Origin: a virus
Lineage: Duplodnaviria; Caudoviricetes
IMG/VR virus record: IMGVR_UViG_3300033153_009450
Coordinates: 1 to 61,278 of that record
Reading direction: 5' to 3' (one strand)
DNA length: 61,278 nt
Shown here: piece after piece, positions 18,637-26,338 of the stretch
Numbering within the stretch: position 1 is the stretch's first letter
How the letters are laid out: each line of letters opens with the position of its first letter
Notes under the pieces: model-generated
The model's input: the letters and a program-made list of their open reading frames with translations, nothing else
What the model was told of the DNA's origin: nothing
Database searches by the model: none
Position numbers and translations under genes: made by a program

Positions 18637-18938
18637 CTTTCATTCACAACCTTCGGAAAAAGTTCCTCTACCGTCAGTTCCAACCGTTCCGCAGCCTGCT
18701 TCATAACCATGGGGTTTAGATCCTTTCCGGTACTTTGCATTGTTCGTGTCACCGAGGCTTGTGAAGCCACGCCGGATTTCAAAACACCCATGGGATATTC
18801 ATTCAAAACCATGAGTGCCTTTCGGATTGCAGGCAAAGAAAACCCGGAAGCAATCAAAAAATTGAGCACTGTTCGGTTTCGATTTTCTTTTCCTTGTAAA
18901 TATCTTCCGGTTTTGTTACGTTTAAATATTCTAAACAT
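18633..18938 (-). CDS. Cro-like HTH regulator
   Basis: Divergent from the repressor; SQASVTR...LELTVEELF. Confidence 0.65.
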   Translation of the reverse strand: MFRIFKRNKTGRYLQGKENRNRTVLNFLIASGFSLPAIRKALMVLNEYPMGVLKSGVASQASVTRTMQSTGKDLNPMVMKQAAERLELTVEELFPKVVNER

Positions 18939-18969
18939 CGGAAACTCCTATTTATTTTATGTTAAACAT

Positions 18970-18998
18970 CTTTTATCCGTAATGACGTATAATGTCAA
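18970..18998 (-). promoter_or_regulatory. Putative early (cro) sigma70 promoter
   Basis: TTGACA-17 bp-TAAAAG on the minus strand upstream of the cro-like gene. Confidence 0.4.
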
Positions 18999-19642
18999 GT
19001 AAAAAAATACGTAAATCAGGAAAAAAATACTGCCCCCTTGGAAATCGCATCCAGAGGCTACAGGAAATCAACGACCTGAAAGCCTATGAACTGGCCCTTA
19101 TGCTCGGAATATCAACATCTTATCTGAGTGATATAAAATATGGGAGATCCGGGGTAACTGGATTTAAATTTTGGGATGCTATTAGGAGAAAAATGCCGGA
19201 ATGGGAGTATTATCTGAAAGGAAAGGCTAAAAATCCGGAAAAACGAACCAATCTAATACGCATATATGATGATGAAGGAAAACCTGTCAGCATCATGCCA
19301 AAGGCCCATGTAAAGTACAAAATCGAAACAGGCGGACCCGCCGGACAGGCGATAGAACCCGAGGGCGTCTATGAAATACCTTCAAAATGGTATCACGAAA
19401 CATTAGATAATATTCTCAACAGTGGCGACATGGAGATCATCCAGGCGGTTCAGTCTGTCCTTGTGGCATGTAAGGCTAAAACAATAGAGAAAGACCAGTT
19501 AGACTCCCGGATTCAAAATCTGGAACAAGTTATTATGGAACAAAAACCGCCGTCGGGGACCAAAGAACGCCGGAGCATCTGGAAGGACTTTAAAGAATTA
19601 TTACAAAGAGGAAATGAGCCTGGGATCGTCAAACACGATTAA
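18992..19642 (+). CDS. XRE-family repressor (CI-like)
   Basis: LGNRIQRL...ELALMLGISTSYLSDIKYG HTH; no S24 peptidase domain apparent; start uncertain. Confidence 0.8.
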   Translation: MSSKKIRKSGKKYCPLGNRIQRLQEINDLKAYELALMLGISTSYLSDIKYGRSGVTGFKFWDAIRRKMPEWEYYLKGKAKNPEKRTNLIRIYDDEGKPVSIMPKAHVKYKIETGGPAGQAIEPEGVYEIPSKWYHETLDNILNSGDMEIIQAVQSVLVACKAKTIEKDQLDSRIQNLEQVIMEQKPPSGTKERRSIWKDFKELLQRGNEPGIVKHD

Positions 19643-19826
19643 CATTTCCGCCTGGCACCGTCTCCATTCCTGGCACCGGCGCTCTGCGGCGGCGCCATTT
19701 ATCTCGTTACGACGCGGAGCATCGTAACGAGGGGTTTTTAAAAATCGTCAATCTTCAATCCTTGCCCGCCGTCAGTGTGGCGGGGTCAATCTTCAATCCG
19801 CCAAACTGACGGCGGATAAATCCAAC

Positions 19827-20921
19827 ATGCCCGTCTACCCAAAAAACGGCCTTTACTACTGTGTCTACTACCAGGGCAGCAAGCGCGTCTGGGAACCTTT
19901 CGGTCGCGGATCCGGCGCAAAAGAGGCCGCCGAGGCCAGAGACCTTGAAATAAAGCTCAAGAAAAAGACCGGTCAGATGCGACATGCCCCGGCCGGCCGA
20001 ACCTCTTTCATGGACCTGGCCCGCATGTATACCGATGCCCGAAAGAACGAACTGGCCGATAATACCATGGACGGGATCTTGAGAACCATCACCACCTATG
20101 CCGGACCAATCAGTAAAAAACCGATCAACCTGATCACAATGGACGACTGGCGCAAGATCGAGCAGAAAATGATCCGGAGGAAAATAAAGAACCGGACAAT
20201 CAATACCTACTTCGTATACCTTTCAAACATCCTGGACTGGGCCATGGGTGACGGCCTTATGGAAAATAACCCGTGGACCCGCCGGAAACGCCTCAAGGAG
20301 CGAAATAGATTTATGATAGACCTCTTCACCATCGACGAGTTTAATCGCATCCTGGCCGTATCTGCGCCTCATTTAGCATGGATTTTGGACACGGCCTATC
20401 ATACGGGTGTCCGGCCCGGGCCCACTGAACTATTTTGCATGAAATGGGAGGACGTGGATTGGCACCTAAAGCGAATCCGTATCTATTCGCAAAAGACCGA
20501 TACCTGGCGCTGGCAGTACCCGGACAAAAAATACTTCCGCCGCATGGTATCTAAACACAAACAAATGCAGAAAAAGTATCCCGGCTGCCCCTGGATTTGT
20601 TCGTACAACGGCAGGCAGATCACGAGTGTCAAAAGGGTATGGAAGGATGCTAAGGAAAAGGCAGGCATCAAGCGCCGGATCCGGCTCTACGATATTCGTC
20701 ACTTCTACATCACCTATGCCCTGGCGAACGGCGCAAACATAACCGAGTTAGCGGAAAGGGTAGGGCACGTGAACCCGCGCATGATTGTCAACGTCTATGC
20801 CCACCTTGCAAAGGACATCGCCCGCAACAAACCCTTCAAACTCCCCGAACTGAAAATCCCCGCCAAAACAGTAGATATAAACAGTAGACAAAGAAAGGCC
20901 GTCCCCGAAAAGACGGCCTAA
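19827..20921 (+). CDS. int: Tyrosine integrase
   Basis: HTGVRP, YDIRH, VGH...YAH catalytic pattern; adjacent attP. Confidence 0.93.
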   Translation: MPVYPKNGLYYCVYYQGSKRVWEPFGRGSGAKEAAEARDLEIKLKKKTGQMRHAPAGRTSFMDLARMYTDARKNELADNTMDGILRTITTYAGPISKKPINLITMDDWRKIEQKMIRRKIKNRTINTYFVYLSNILDWAMGDGLMENNPWTRRKRLKERNRFMIDLFTIDEFNRILAVSAPHLAWILDTAYHTGVRPGPTELFCMKWEDVDWHLKRIRIYSQKTDTWRWQYPDKKYFRRMVSKHKQMQKKYPGCPWICSYNGRQITSVKRVWKDAKEKAGIKRRIRLYDIRHFYITYALANGANITELAERVGHVNPRMIVNVYAHLAKDIARNKPFKLPELKIPAKTVDINSRQRKAVPEKTA

Positions 20922-21093
20922 CTACTTGATTTTATTGGTGGAGCTGAGGGGGATCGAACCCCTGACCTCATGACTGCCAGACAGGGGACGTGGTGCGGGT
21001 ATGGGCTAAGTAGCTGATTTTATTACAGGCCAATTTTCTCAACTACCTATAATTAACTATAATTATGCCCACAACAGTAGATGAACAGTAGAT
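20867..21093. promoter_or_regulatory. attP arm-type and IHF-like sites
   Basis: AACAGTAGA at 20867, 20880, 21073 and 21084; AATCAAGTAGTTA (IHF consensus) on the minus strand at about 20919-20931. Confidence 0.7.
20936..20980 (-). other. attP core: 3' half of tRNA-Ala(GGC)
   Basis: Reverse complement CTGGCAGTCATGAGGTCAGGGGTTCGATCCCCCTCAGCTCCACCA gives anticodon loop, T-arm, acceptor strand and CCA. Confidence 0.9.
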
Positions 21094-21094
21094 A

Positions 21095-21718
21095 TCATAA
21101 CAATTGAATTTCGGCTTCATAAAGCGGTAATTTTGCGATGCCGCCGGGTCGAAGGGCCTTTCCGGAAAGTAGCAGCTCAAGCCATTTGTTTGGAAGATAT
21201 TTTTCAAGGATCTTGCGGGGAATCCCGGGATCGGCTAAAAACTTCTTCTTTTCTTTTTTCTCCGGAGGATACCAGACAGAAGCACCGGTCAGCTCACTAC
21301 AAAAAAACTGCGCCCCATTCGTAGACACCCTGGAGATCATATTTCCGAACAGGCTCATGAAATCATATTCGATGCCGAGATGAGCCCATAAAAAGTTTAC
21401 GATCGCAGGACGGAATTCCTCTAAGTCGGGTTTTAATTTGTGGAGATAACACCGGCCTTTGTAGCCCTTCAGTTTTTGGGATAGCAGCCGGGTGTTGACC
21501 TCCCCCTGGTCCGCCTCGATAATGAGCCTTCTCATAACCCCCGCCTGGACCTCTCCTAATGCGCTGCTCGCATGGCTGCGGTCGGACCATAGCCTAATAC
21601 CCCAGGATATAGGGCCTGATCCCACCCAGGTAATAGGATCGCCAGGGCGGATCAGGTCCCGGTAGTGGTAATAACGTTCAAGATTATTGCTCATTTGATT
21701 CCCCTCGACACACGCCAA
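21095..21718 (-). CDS. Permuted NlpC/P60 (YiiX/YebB-like) protein
   Basis: IRPGD...SHAS...EA...YDF...FFCSEL (His before Cys). Confidence 0.75.
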   Translation of the reverse strand: MACVEGNQMSNNLERYYHYRDLIRPGDPITWVGSGPISWGIRLWSDRSHASSALGEVQAGVMRRLIIEADQGEVNTRLLSQKLKGYKGRCYLHKLKPDLEEFRPAIVNFLWAHLGIEYDFMSLFGNMISRVSTNGAQFFCSELTGASVWYPPEKKEKKKFLADPGIPRKILEKYLPNKWLELLLSGKALRPGGIAKLPLYEAEIQLL

Positions 21719-21743
21719 TAAATTTCAGGTGCAAAGAGTTTTA

Positions 21744-21968
21744 TTAAAACGGCCCGTGCTTCCCTCCGACATCGAAATCCTCTACCTGGACAGGAGGAAA
21801 CAGGACATCATCCCTATACTTCCAAATTTTCCGAACGGCCTTCACTACTTTTTCCAGGTACACAAGTCGCTCATGGTCACTCTTGGTCTCTTTGTCCTCC
21901 AGTTCATACCCCTTGTCTGGTATCTCATCTTTCCACTCCGGGTTTCCATTTAATGTGTCTTTTCCCAT
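21744..21968 (-). CDS. Hypothetical protein
   Basis: GGAGG RBS, in lysis cassette. Confidence 0.5.
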   Translation of the reverse strand: MGKDTLNGNPEWKDEIPDKGYELEDKETKSDHERLVYLEKVVKAVRKIWKYRDDVLFPPVQVEDFDVGGKHGPF

Positions 21969-21986
21969 AATACTTTCCTCCTTTGA

Positions 21987-22451
21987 TTAAAGTTTATAAA
22001 ACCAATGGCCTCCCCATTTAAAAACAGGGATTTTTTCCTCTGCCCAATAGGGTAGTTTAAACTCATGTATCCTACCGGTAGTGCTCACTTCTGTCTTAAC
22101 CTCCACATGATAATGGTTAGCTCCGTTTGTTATATCGCCAACCCAATCATAAAGAACAAGAAAGGCCGCCGACCAGCACTCCCGCCACCATGCCTCAGAC
22201 CAGAAATGTTTGAAGTACCGATAAAGGAAATATGGGGCTATCTCCATAGTCCTGTTGATAGAATTCAGACAAGAAAATTGTTTAGCCTGTAGAATGACAG
22301 CCTTGTAATCATTAGACCATCTACGAGAATCATTAACCCTGTTACGCACAGCGCAGGCCACGGCCAGCTTGCCTACGAAGTCTTCTCCGGCTGCTTCACC
22401 TATTATCATACCGGTGAATAGGTCTTGTACGTCAAGTTCAGATAGTTTCAT
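21987..22451 (-). CDS. SleB/Hydrolase_2 cell-wall hydrolase (endolysin)
   Basis: IIGEAAGE...AVA...NRV...QFSC...TNGANHYH...HWFY. Confidence 0.88.
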   Translation of the reverse strand: MKLSELDVQDLFTGMIIGEAAGEDFVGKLAVACAVRNRVNDSRRWSNDYKAVILQAKQFSCLNSINRTMEIAPYFLYRYFKHFWSEAWWRECWSAAFLVLYDWVGDITNGANHYHVEVKTEVSTTGRIHEFKLPYWAEEKIPVFKWGGHWFYKL

Positions 22452-22592
22452 TCTTTCCTCTCGTTCTCCCGCCTTTGGCGGGACTAACCACCTGGTTCCG
22501 ATGCTCCGCGTCGGAACTTCTTCGTCTTTACCTTCAGCCTTCAGCCTTCAGCCTTCCACCTGGTTCCGATGCTCCGCGTCGGAACCGATGAT

Positions 22593-22931
22593 TTAACCCT
22601 TTTCCAACACAGCGATCATTTTTTTGAGTTCTTCCAGCGGACTCTTGATCCCTAAATTATTCTTTATCAGCGTGATATCGGTCCGCAACGACTCGAAAGA
22701 TCCTTGTCCTTTTTCCAGCAGGGCTGTATGTTTATTCAAAGATGTACATAAAGTCTTTACCTCGGCTCTCATATCGCACCTCTTGCAATCGTCTTCAGAT
22801 AAATACCCTTTCAGGGTTTCAGTTAGCTTTTCACCAAACTCCCCCCTTGCCTTATAATATCCGATTATCATTCCGGCGATGGTTCCAATTATGGCAACAA
22901 CTGCCACAACCGCCCATGCTTCAGGATTCAT
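22593..22931 (-). CDS. Holin-like single-TM coiled-coil protein
   Basis: N-terminal TM helix; directly upstream of the endolysin. Confidence 0.5.
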   Translation of the reverse strand: MNPEAWAVVAVVAIIGTIAGMIIGYYKARGEFGEKLTETLKGYLSEDDCKRCDMRAEVKTLCTSLNKHTALLEKGQGSFESLRTDITLIKNNLGIKSPLEELKKMIAVLEKG

Positions 22932-22977
22932 GGTGTTATCCTCTCGTCTTCGACCCTGAGTTTATCGAAGGGCTAAA

Positions 22978-23385
22978 TTAGCGATACCGTCTATAAGCCA
23001 TTGCCTTAAACGTGCCGCCACAGGTGAAATCTATATAAAGCCCTTTTTCCAGAAATATTGGCGGATTAAAGATAAGCTCCTTGTCCCTGTCAATAGAGCT
23101 GGTCGTGACATACCATATGGGAAACGGACTTGCCCCGCTCGCTTCTGTTGCATTATCGTATGCCGCAACAGTTACGCCACTGGTCCCGTCTGTCATCACC
23201 ACAAAACTATAAAGAAACCCGGGCCTTGTCATTGCGATGCCGTCAGCGATCATCACATCGCCATATTCTGCATATTCCGGGGGCATGAAAGCATTGCTTT
23301 TACCTGGAACAATAAAAGCGGTGCCGATCAATACCAGGGTGATTAAAACAGCAACTAAATATCGTTTCATCTTTTTCCCTCCCAT
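22978..23385 (-). CDS. Secreted beta-rich protein with Sec signal peptide
   Basis: MKRYLVAVLITLVLIGTAFIVPGKSNA then YDNATEASG...FNPPIFLEKGLYID. Confidence 0.65.
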   Translation of the reverse strand: MGGKKMKRYLVAVLITLVLIGTAFIVPGKSNAFMPPEYAEYGDVMIADGIAMTRPGFLYSFVVMTDGTSGVTVAAYDNATEASGASPFPIWYVTTSSIDRDKELIFNPPIFLEKGLYIDFTCGGTFKAMAYRRYR

Positions 23386-23434
23386 AAAAAAAGCCTCTTC
23401 CGGAGCCTGGCGCCGGAGGAGGCTTTTCGTTTTT
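23386..23434. terminator. Intrinsic terminator (bidirectional shape)
   Basis: A7-GCCTCTTCCGG...CCGGAGGAGGC-TTTTCGTTTT. Confidence 0.75.
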
Positions 23435-23466
23435 GCCGGACTTGCCCGGCAGTTAAATTGTTGACT

Positions 23467-23496
23467 ATTAAACTATAAATTTTACATTTTTGTCAA
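23467..23496 (-). promoter_or_regulatory. Putative promoter of the lysis-cassette leader
   Basis: TTGACA-18 bp-TTTAAT on the minus strand, just upstream of the terminator. Confidence 0.5.
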
Positions 23497-23897
23497 CCTT
23501 TCCCCTCAATACCTGCTCCGTTTAATAGTTGCTTATTTACTGCCTTCGATATCGGGTTTCGCAAATTAGACCAATCAGCTTCTTTATCGAACACTCTGTA
23601 TTTATTCCACAGATAGCCAGCATACCACTGAATAAAATTTTTAATAAATACCGCCAACCCTAAAGAAGCAAACACCACCCATAAGGGAATACCCCAACCC
23701 AACTTCATTAAAATGTTATCCGCACCTAAATAGGTTATTACTAAAGCCTGGTAAGATATGAGATTACGAATTAACCCTAATTCAGTCTGTCCTTTCATAT
23801 ATAAATTTCTGTGATGGATATAAAATCGCAAGAGCCTGTTAGCCCTGTCTTGTTTTGGCCCGAACATCCGCCTTACTATGTCTCCTACTAATGACAT
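23493..23897 (-). CDS. Two-TM membrane protein
   Basis: Hydrophobic helices; C-terminal NP motif. Confidence 0.6.
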   Translation of the reverse strand: MSLVGDIVRRMFGPKQDRANRLLRFYIHHRNLYMKGQTELGLIRNLISYQALVITYLGADNILMKLGWGIPLWVVFASLGLAVFIKNFIQWYAGYLWNKYRVFDKEADWSNLRNPISKAVNKQLLNGAGIEGKG

Positions 23898-23900
23898 TAT

Positions 23901-25673
23901 TTAAGCCGCCTTTTTCTCTCCTTCAGCCTTCAGCCTTATACCTTCAACCTGCTCCTCAATCCCCTCTATCCGCTCTATCCCGGCCTTGGCCTCCCTGTGT
24001 TCCGGCCAAAAGGTCAAGGCCGCTTCGTAACATGACTTCGCTAAAAGCAGTGATCCGCTGCGGAATAACACAGTCCCAAGGTTAAGCCACATATCCCACA
24101 GCCTGAGATCCCCATCGCAAAAAACCGCGCATCGAGCGGCGTGTTTATACGCCATCGGGAGATCGTTTTTATTAAGGTGATGCACCGTCACCAATGCGTT
24201 TACCCTGGTCCCTCCGCCATTACATCGCAAGGCCCGGTCCAGGTACCGGTAATCCTTGGATCTCATGTACCGGTCTAAGGAAAAATCCGTGATCAAATGC
24301 CGGACGCTGTATTTGTAAACAAAATATCCGAAAATGATATAACCCGCCAAACAGACGGCTGGTAAACCAGCCACACTGACGGCAGGCGAGCCCGCCAAAT
24401 AATAGCCGACTTGCCCGCCGTCTATCTGGCGGGTCAGGCTGCCGATCAGATACCAGAAAACAATATTTACATTGGTCACATGAAACGTATGGAAAAATAT
24501 TCCGTTAGCAAGAAGGGCCACAAGAGCGGAACCTTGCATTAGCGCAAGAGTATCCTGAGACTCTATCCCCATAAAAAGGGCAACGACAATAAAGCAAAGC
24601 AGCAGCATAAGTCCCGGTATGCCGTTATCCGTAATATGCTGTAAATAGTCGTTATGGGCCTTCTGCGGCCACGGATTCTGATAGTTCTCCTGTTTCAGGA
24701 ACTTACCGCCGGTCCGCATGTCTATATCTCGCTGTAAGAATGGCACGCGGGATTTTAACACATCGAACCCTAAACCGAAAAGAGGGGTCCTGATCACCTG
24801 TTCCACGGCGACCGTCCAATAATTCCACCGTTCATTGATTGAGTTTTTATCCAGGGCCCGGCGTCCTGATTTACCGCCTTTAATCAGGTAAAAGACAACG
24901 CCGCCGCATCCTATGAGCAAAAACGGGATCTCTGATACGGCATCGCCGTAGATAATTAATCCGCAGACAAGGCCAAAAAACGCCCCCCGGCACTCGGTCA
25001 ACCAGAGCGCATAAAGCACAGGGGCTAATGCCACGGTCCATATGAGCGATTGCGCATGAATCAGATAAAGGACAAAGAAAACATGCGGCACAAGGTAAGA
25101 AGCCAACATGTTAGGATTCCCGACAAGGCCCCTGGGCTGAAAGGGCGTCATTAATGTAGGTAAACCCTTCAGGGGTTCCCATTTAAACGTATGCTGGACA
25201 ATGGCGTATATGCTGTTTATTAGGGCCGCCGAAACTAATAAAATCAGACCGACCCCCTGCTCCTGTCCGCCATAGCCCGTTAGGGCGGCGGCGGAATCGG
25301 TGCCGGTAACAAGAAACAGGCCGAAACAAGCGACCATGGTGAACTTTACGAAATTCCGCAATGCAATGTCTTTTCTGGGCGACATCAGGGAGCACAGAAA
25401 CCACCACCCGAACAGTGCAAGGCTTAATGTCAGGATTTCCGGTTCGAAGTATATGGTCCGGCCTGCCCTCCATAGCCCTGAGCTTGTCGAAGAGGCGACG
25501 GAGGGGCCAAAGAACAACCAGTAACCCATTAACAGATATCCGGCCACAGCAAGCAGGGTGTTGCGGGGAGTCCTATACGGCCTGATACTATATCCCGGCA
25601 AAACAAACACGCACGCAAACGCTAAAATCACCATTGAAATTATTGAAAGCATCACCTCTCCTGATAATCGCAT
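23901..25673 (-). CDS. O-antigen ligase / O-oligosaccharyltransferase family (Wzy_C) membrane protein with C-terminal TPR-like helices (start probably 25652)
   Basis: Many TM helices; GLVGNPN, TECRGA, ERWNYW, PLFGLG, AHNDYLQ. Confidence 0.85.
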   Translation of the reverse strand: MRLSGEVMLSIISMVILAFACVFVLPGYSIRPYRTPRNTLLAVAGYLLMGYWLFFGPSVASSTSSGLWRAGRTIYFEPEILTLSLALFGWWFLCSLMSPRKDIALRNFVKFTMVACFGLFLVTGTDSAAALTGYGGQEQGVGLILLVSAALINSIYAIVQHTFKWEPLKGLPTLMTPFQPRGLVGNPNMLASYLVPHVFFVLYLIHAQSLIWTVALAPVLYALWLTECRGAFFGLVCGLIIYGDAVSEIPFLLIGCGGVVFYLIKGGKSGRRALDKNSINERWNYWTVAVEQVIRTPLFGLGFDVLKSRVPFLQRDIDMRTGGKFLKQENYQNPWPQKAHNDYLQHITDNGIPGLMLLLCFIVVALFMGIESQDTLALMQGSALVALLANGIFFHTFHVTNVNIVFWYLIGSLTRQIDGGQVGYYLAGSPAVSVAGLPAVCLAGYIIFGYFVYKYSVRHLITDFSLDRYMRSKDYRYLDRALRCNGGGTRVNALVTVHHLNKNDLPMAYKHAARCAVFCDGDLRLWDMWLNLGTVLFRSGSLLLAKSCYEAALTFWPEHREAKAGIERIEGIEEQVEGIRLKAEGEKKAA

Positions 25674-25801
25674 TCATTATTGGAACAAGTTTCACTGCAA
25701 TCTGGATGGCTGACAATCAGCGCTCCGCACTTTGGGCACCTTCTTTCTGTAAGAATACTTTGGTCGTACAAATCATCACCATACAAATCATCTTCATCCA
25801 T
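25652..25801 (-). CDS. Small zinc-ribbon protein (49 aa)
   Basis: Hand translation MDEDDLYG...CPKCG...CSNNECDYQER*; GAAGGAG RBS; stop overlaps the ligase ATG. Confidence 0.55.
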   Translation of the reverse strand: MDEDDLYGDDLYDQSILTERRCPKCGALIVSHPDCSETCSNNECDYQER

Positions 25802-25900
25802 TCCCGCATCTCCTTCGTCATTCCGGCAAAAGCCGGAATCCAGTCCTTACCACTATATCTTGTGTCGCAGCGAGCTGCCGGCTTTCCATATCTTGTGTTC

Positions 25901-25929
25901 TTGATTTTTCATTAATCCTGTTATAAAAT
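25901..25929 (+). promoter_or_regulatory. Promoter of the lipoprotein moron
   Basis: TTGATT-17 bp-TAAAAT. Confidence 0.5.
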
Positions 25930-25959
25930 CCCATTGAACCTTTAACGAAAGGATCTGTC

Positions 25960-26337
25960 ATGAAAAATCTATTTTTATTCCTATTTCTCATTCTTCTAAG
26001 TTGCGCCCATTACTCCACAACGGGAGACCAGCCCGAAAGCCGGAACATAATAAATGCACCCGTTGATATGGTCTGGGACCAAACCCTCCGTATTCTCCCA
26101 AACGAACGGATAGATATTAAAAGTGCCGATAAAGCCACATACTCAATAAAGGCACGCAAACGCATGACGCTCTGGAGCATAGGGGATGATATTGCAATAC
26201 GGCTCATCCCGCATGGCAGCCGGACAATAATGCACTTTGAAGCCGAGGCCGGTGGTGTCCAATGGATAGGATGGGGCCACCAGGAGCGCATGGTCAAAAG
26301 CATCTTTGCAAAGATTAAACTTGCATGTGAACGATAA
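25960..26337 (+). CDS. Lipoprotein moron
   Basis: MKNLFLFLFLILLSC lipobox; opposite strand to the late operon. Confidence 0.8.
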   Translation: MKNLFLFLFLILLSCAHYSTTGDQPESRNIINAPVDMVWDQTLRILPNERIDIKSADKATYSIKARKRMTLWSIGDDIAIRLIPHGSRTIMHFEAEAGGVQWIGWGHQERMVKSIFAKIKLACER

Positions 26338-26338
26338 T

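Noticed and set aside
20936-20980. Functional tRNA gene
   Set aside because: The 5' half (acceptor 5' strand and D-arm) is absent; this is the attP core
22493-22586. CRISPR mini-array from two family-D copies
   Set aside because: The intervening sequence is a heptamer tract, the other copies are dispersed, and no cas genes are present
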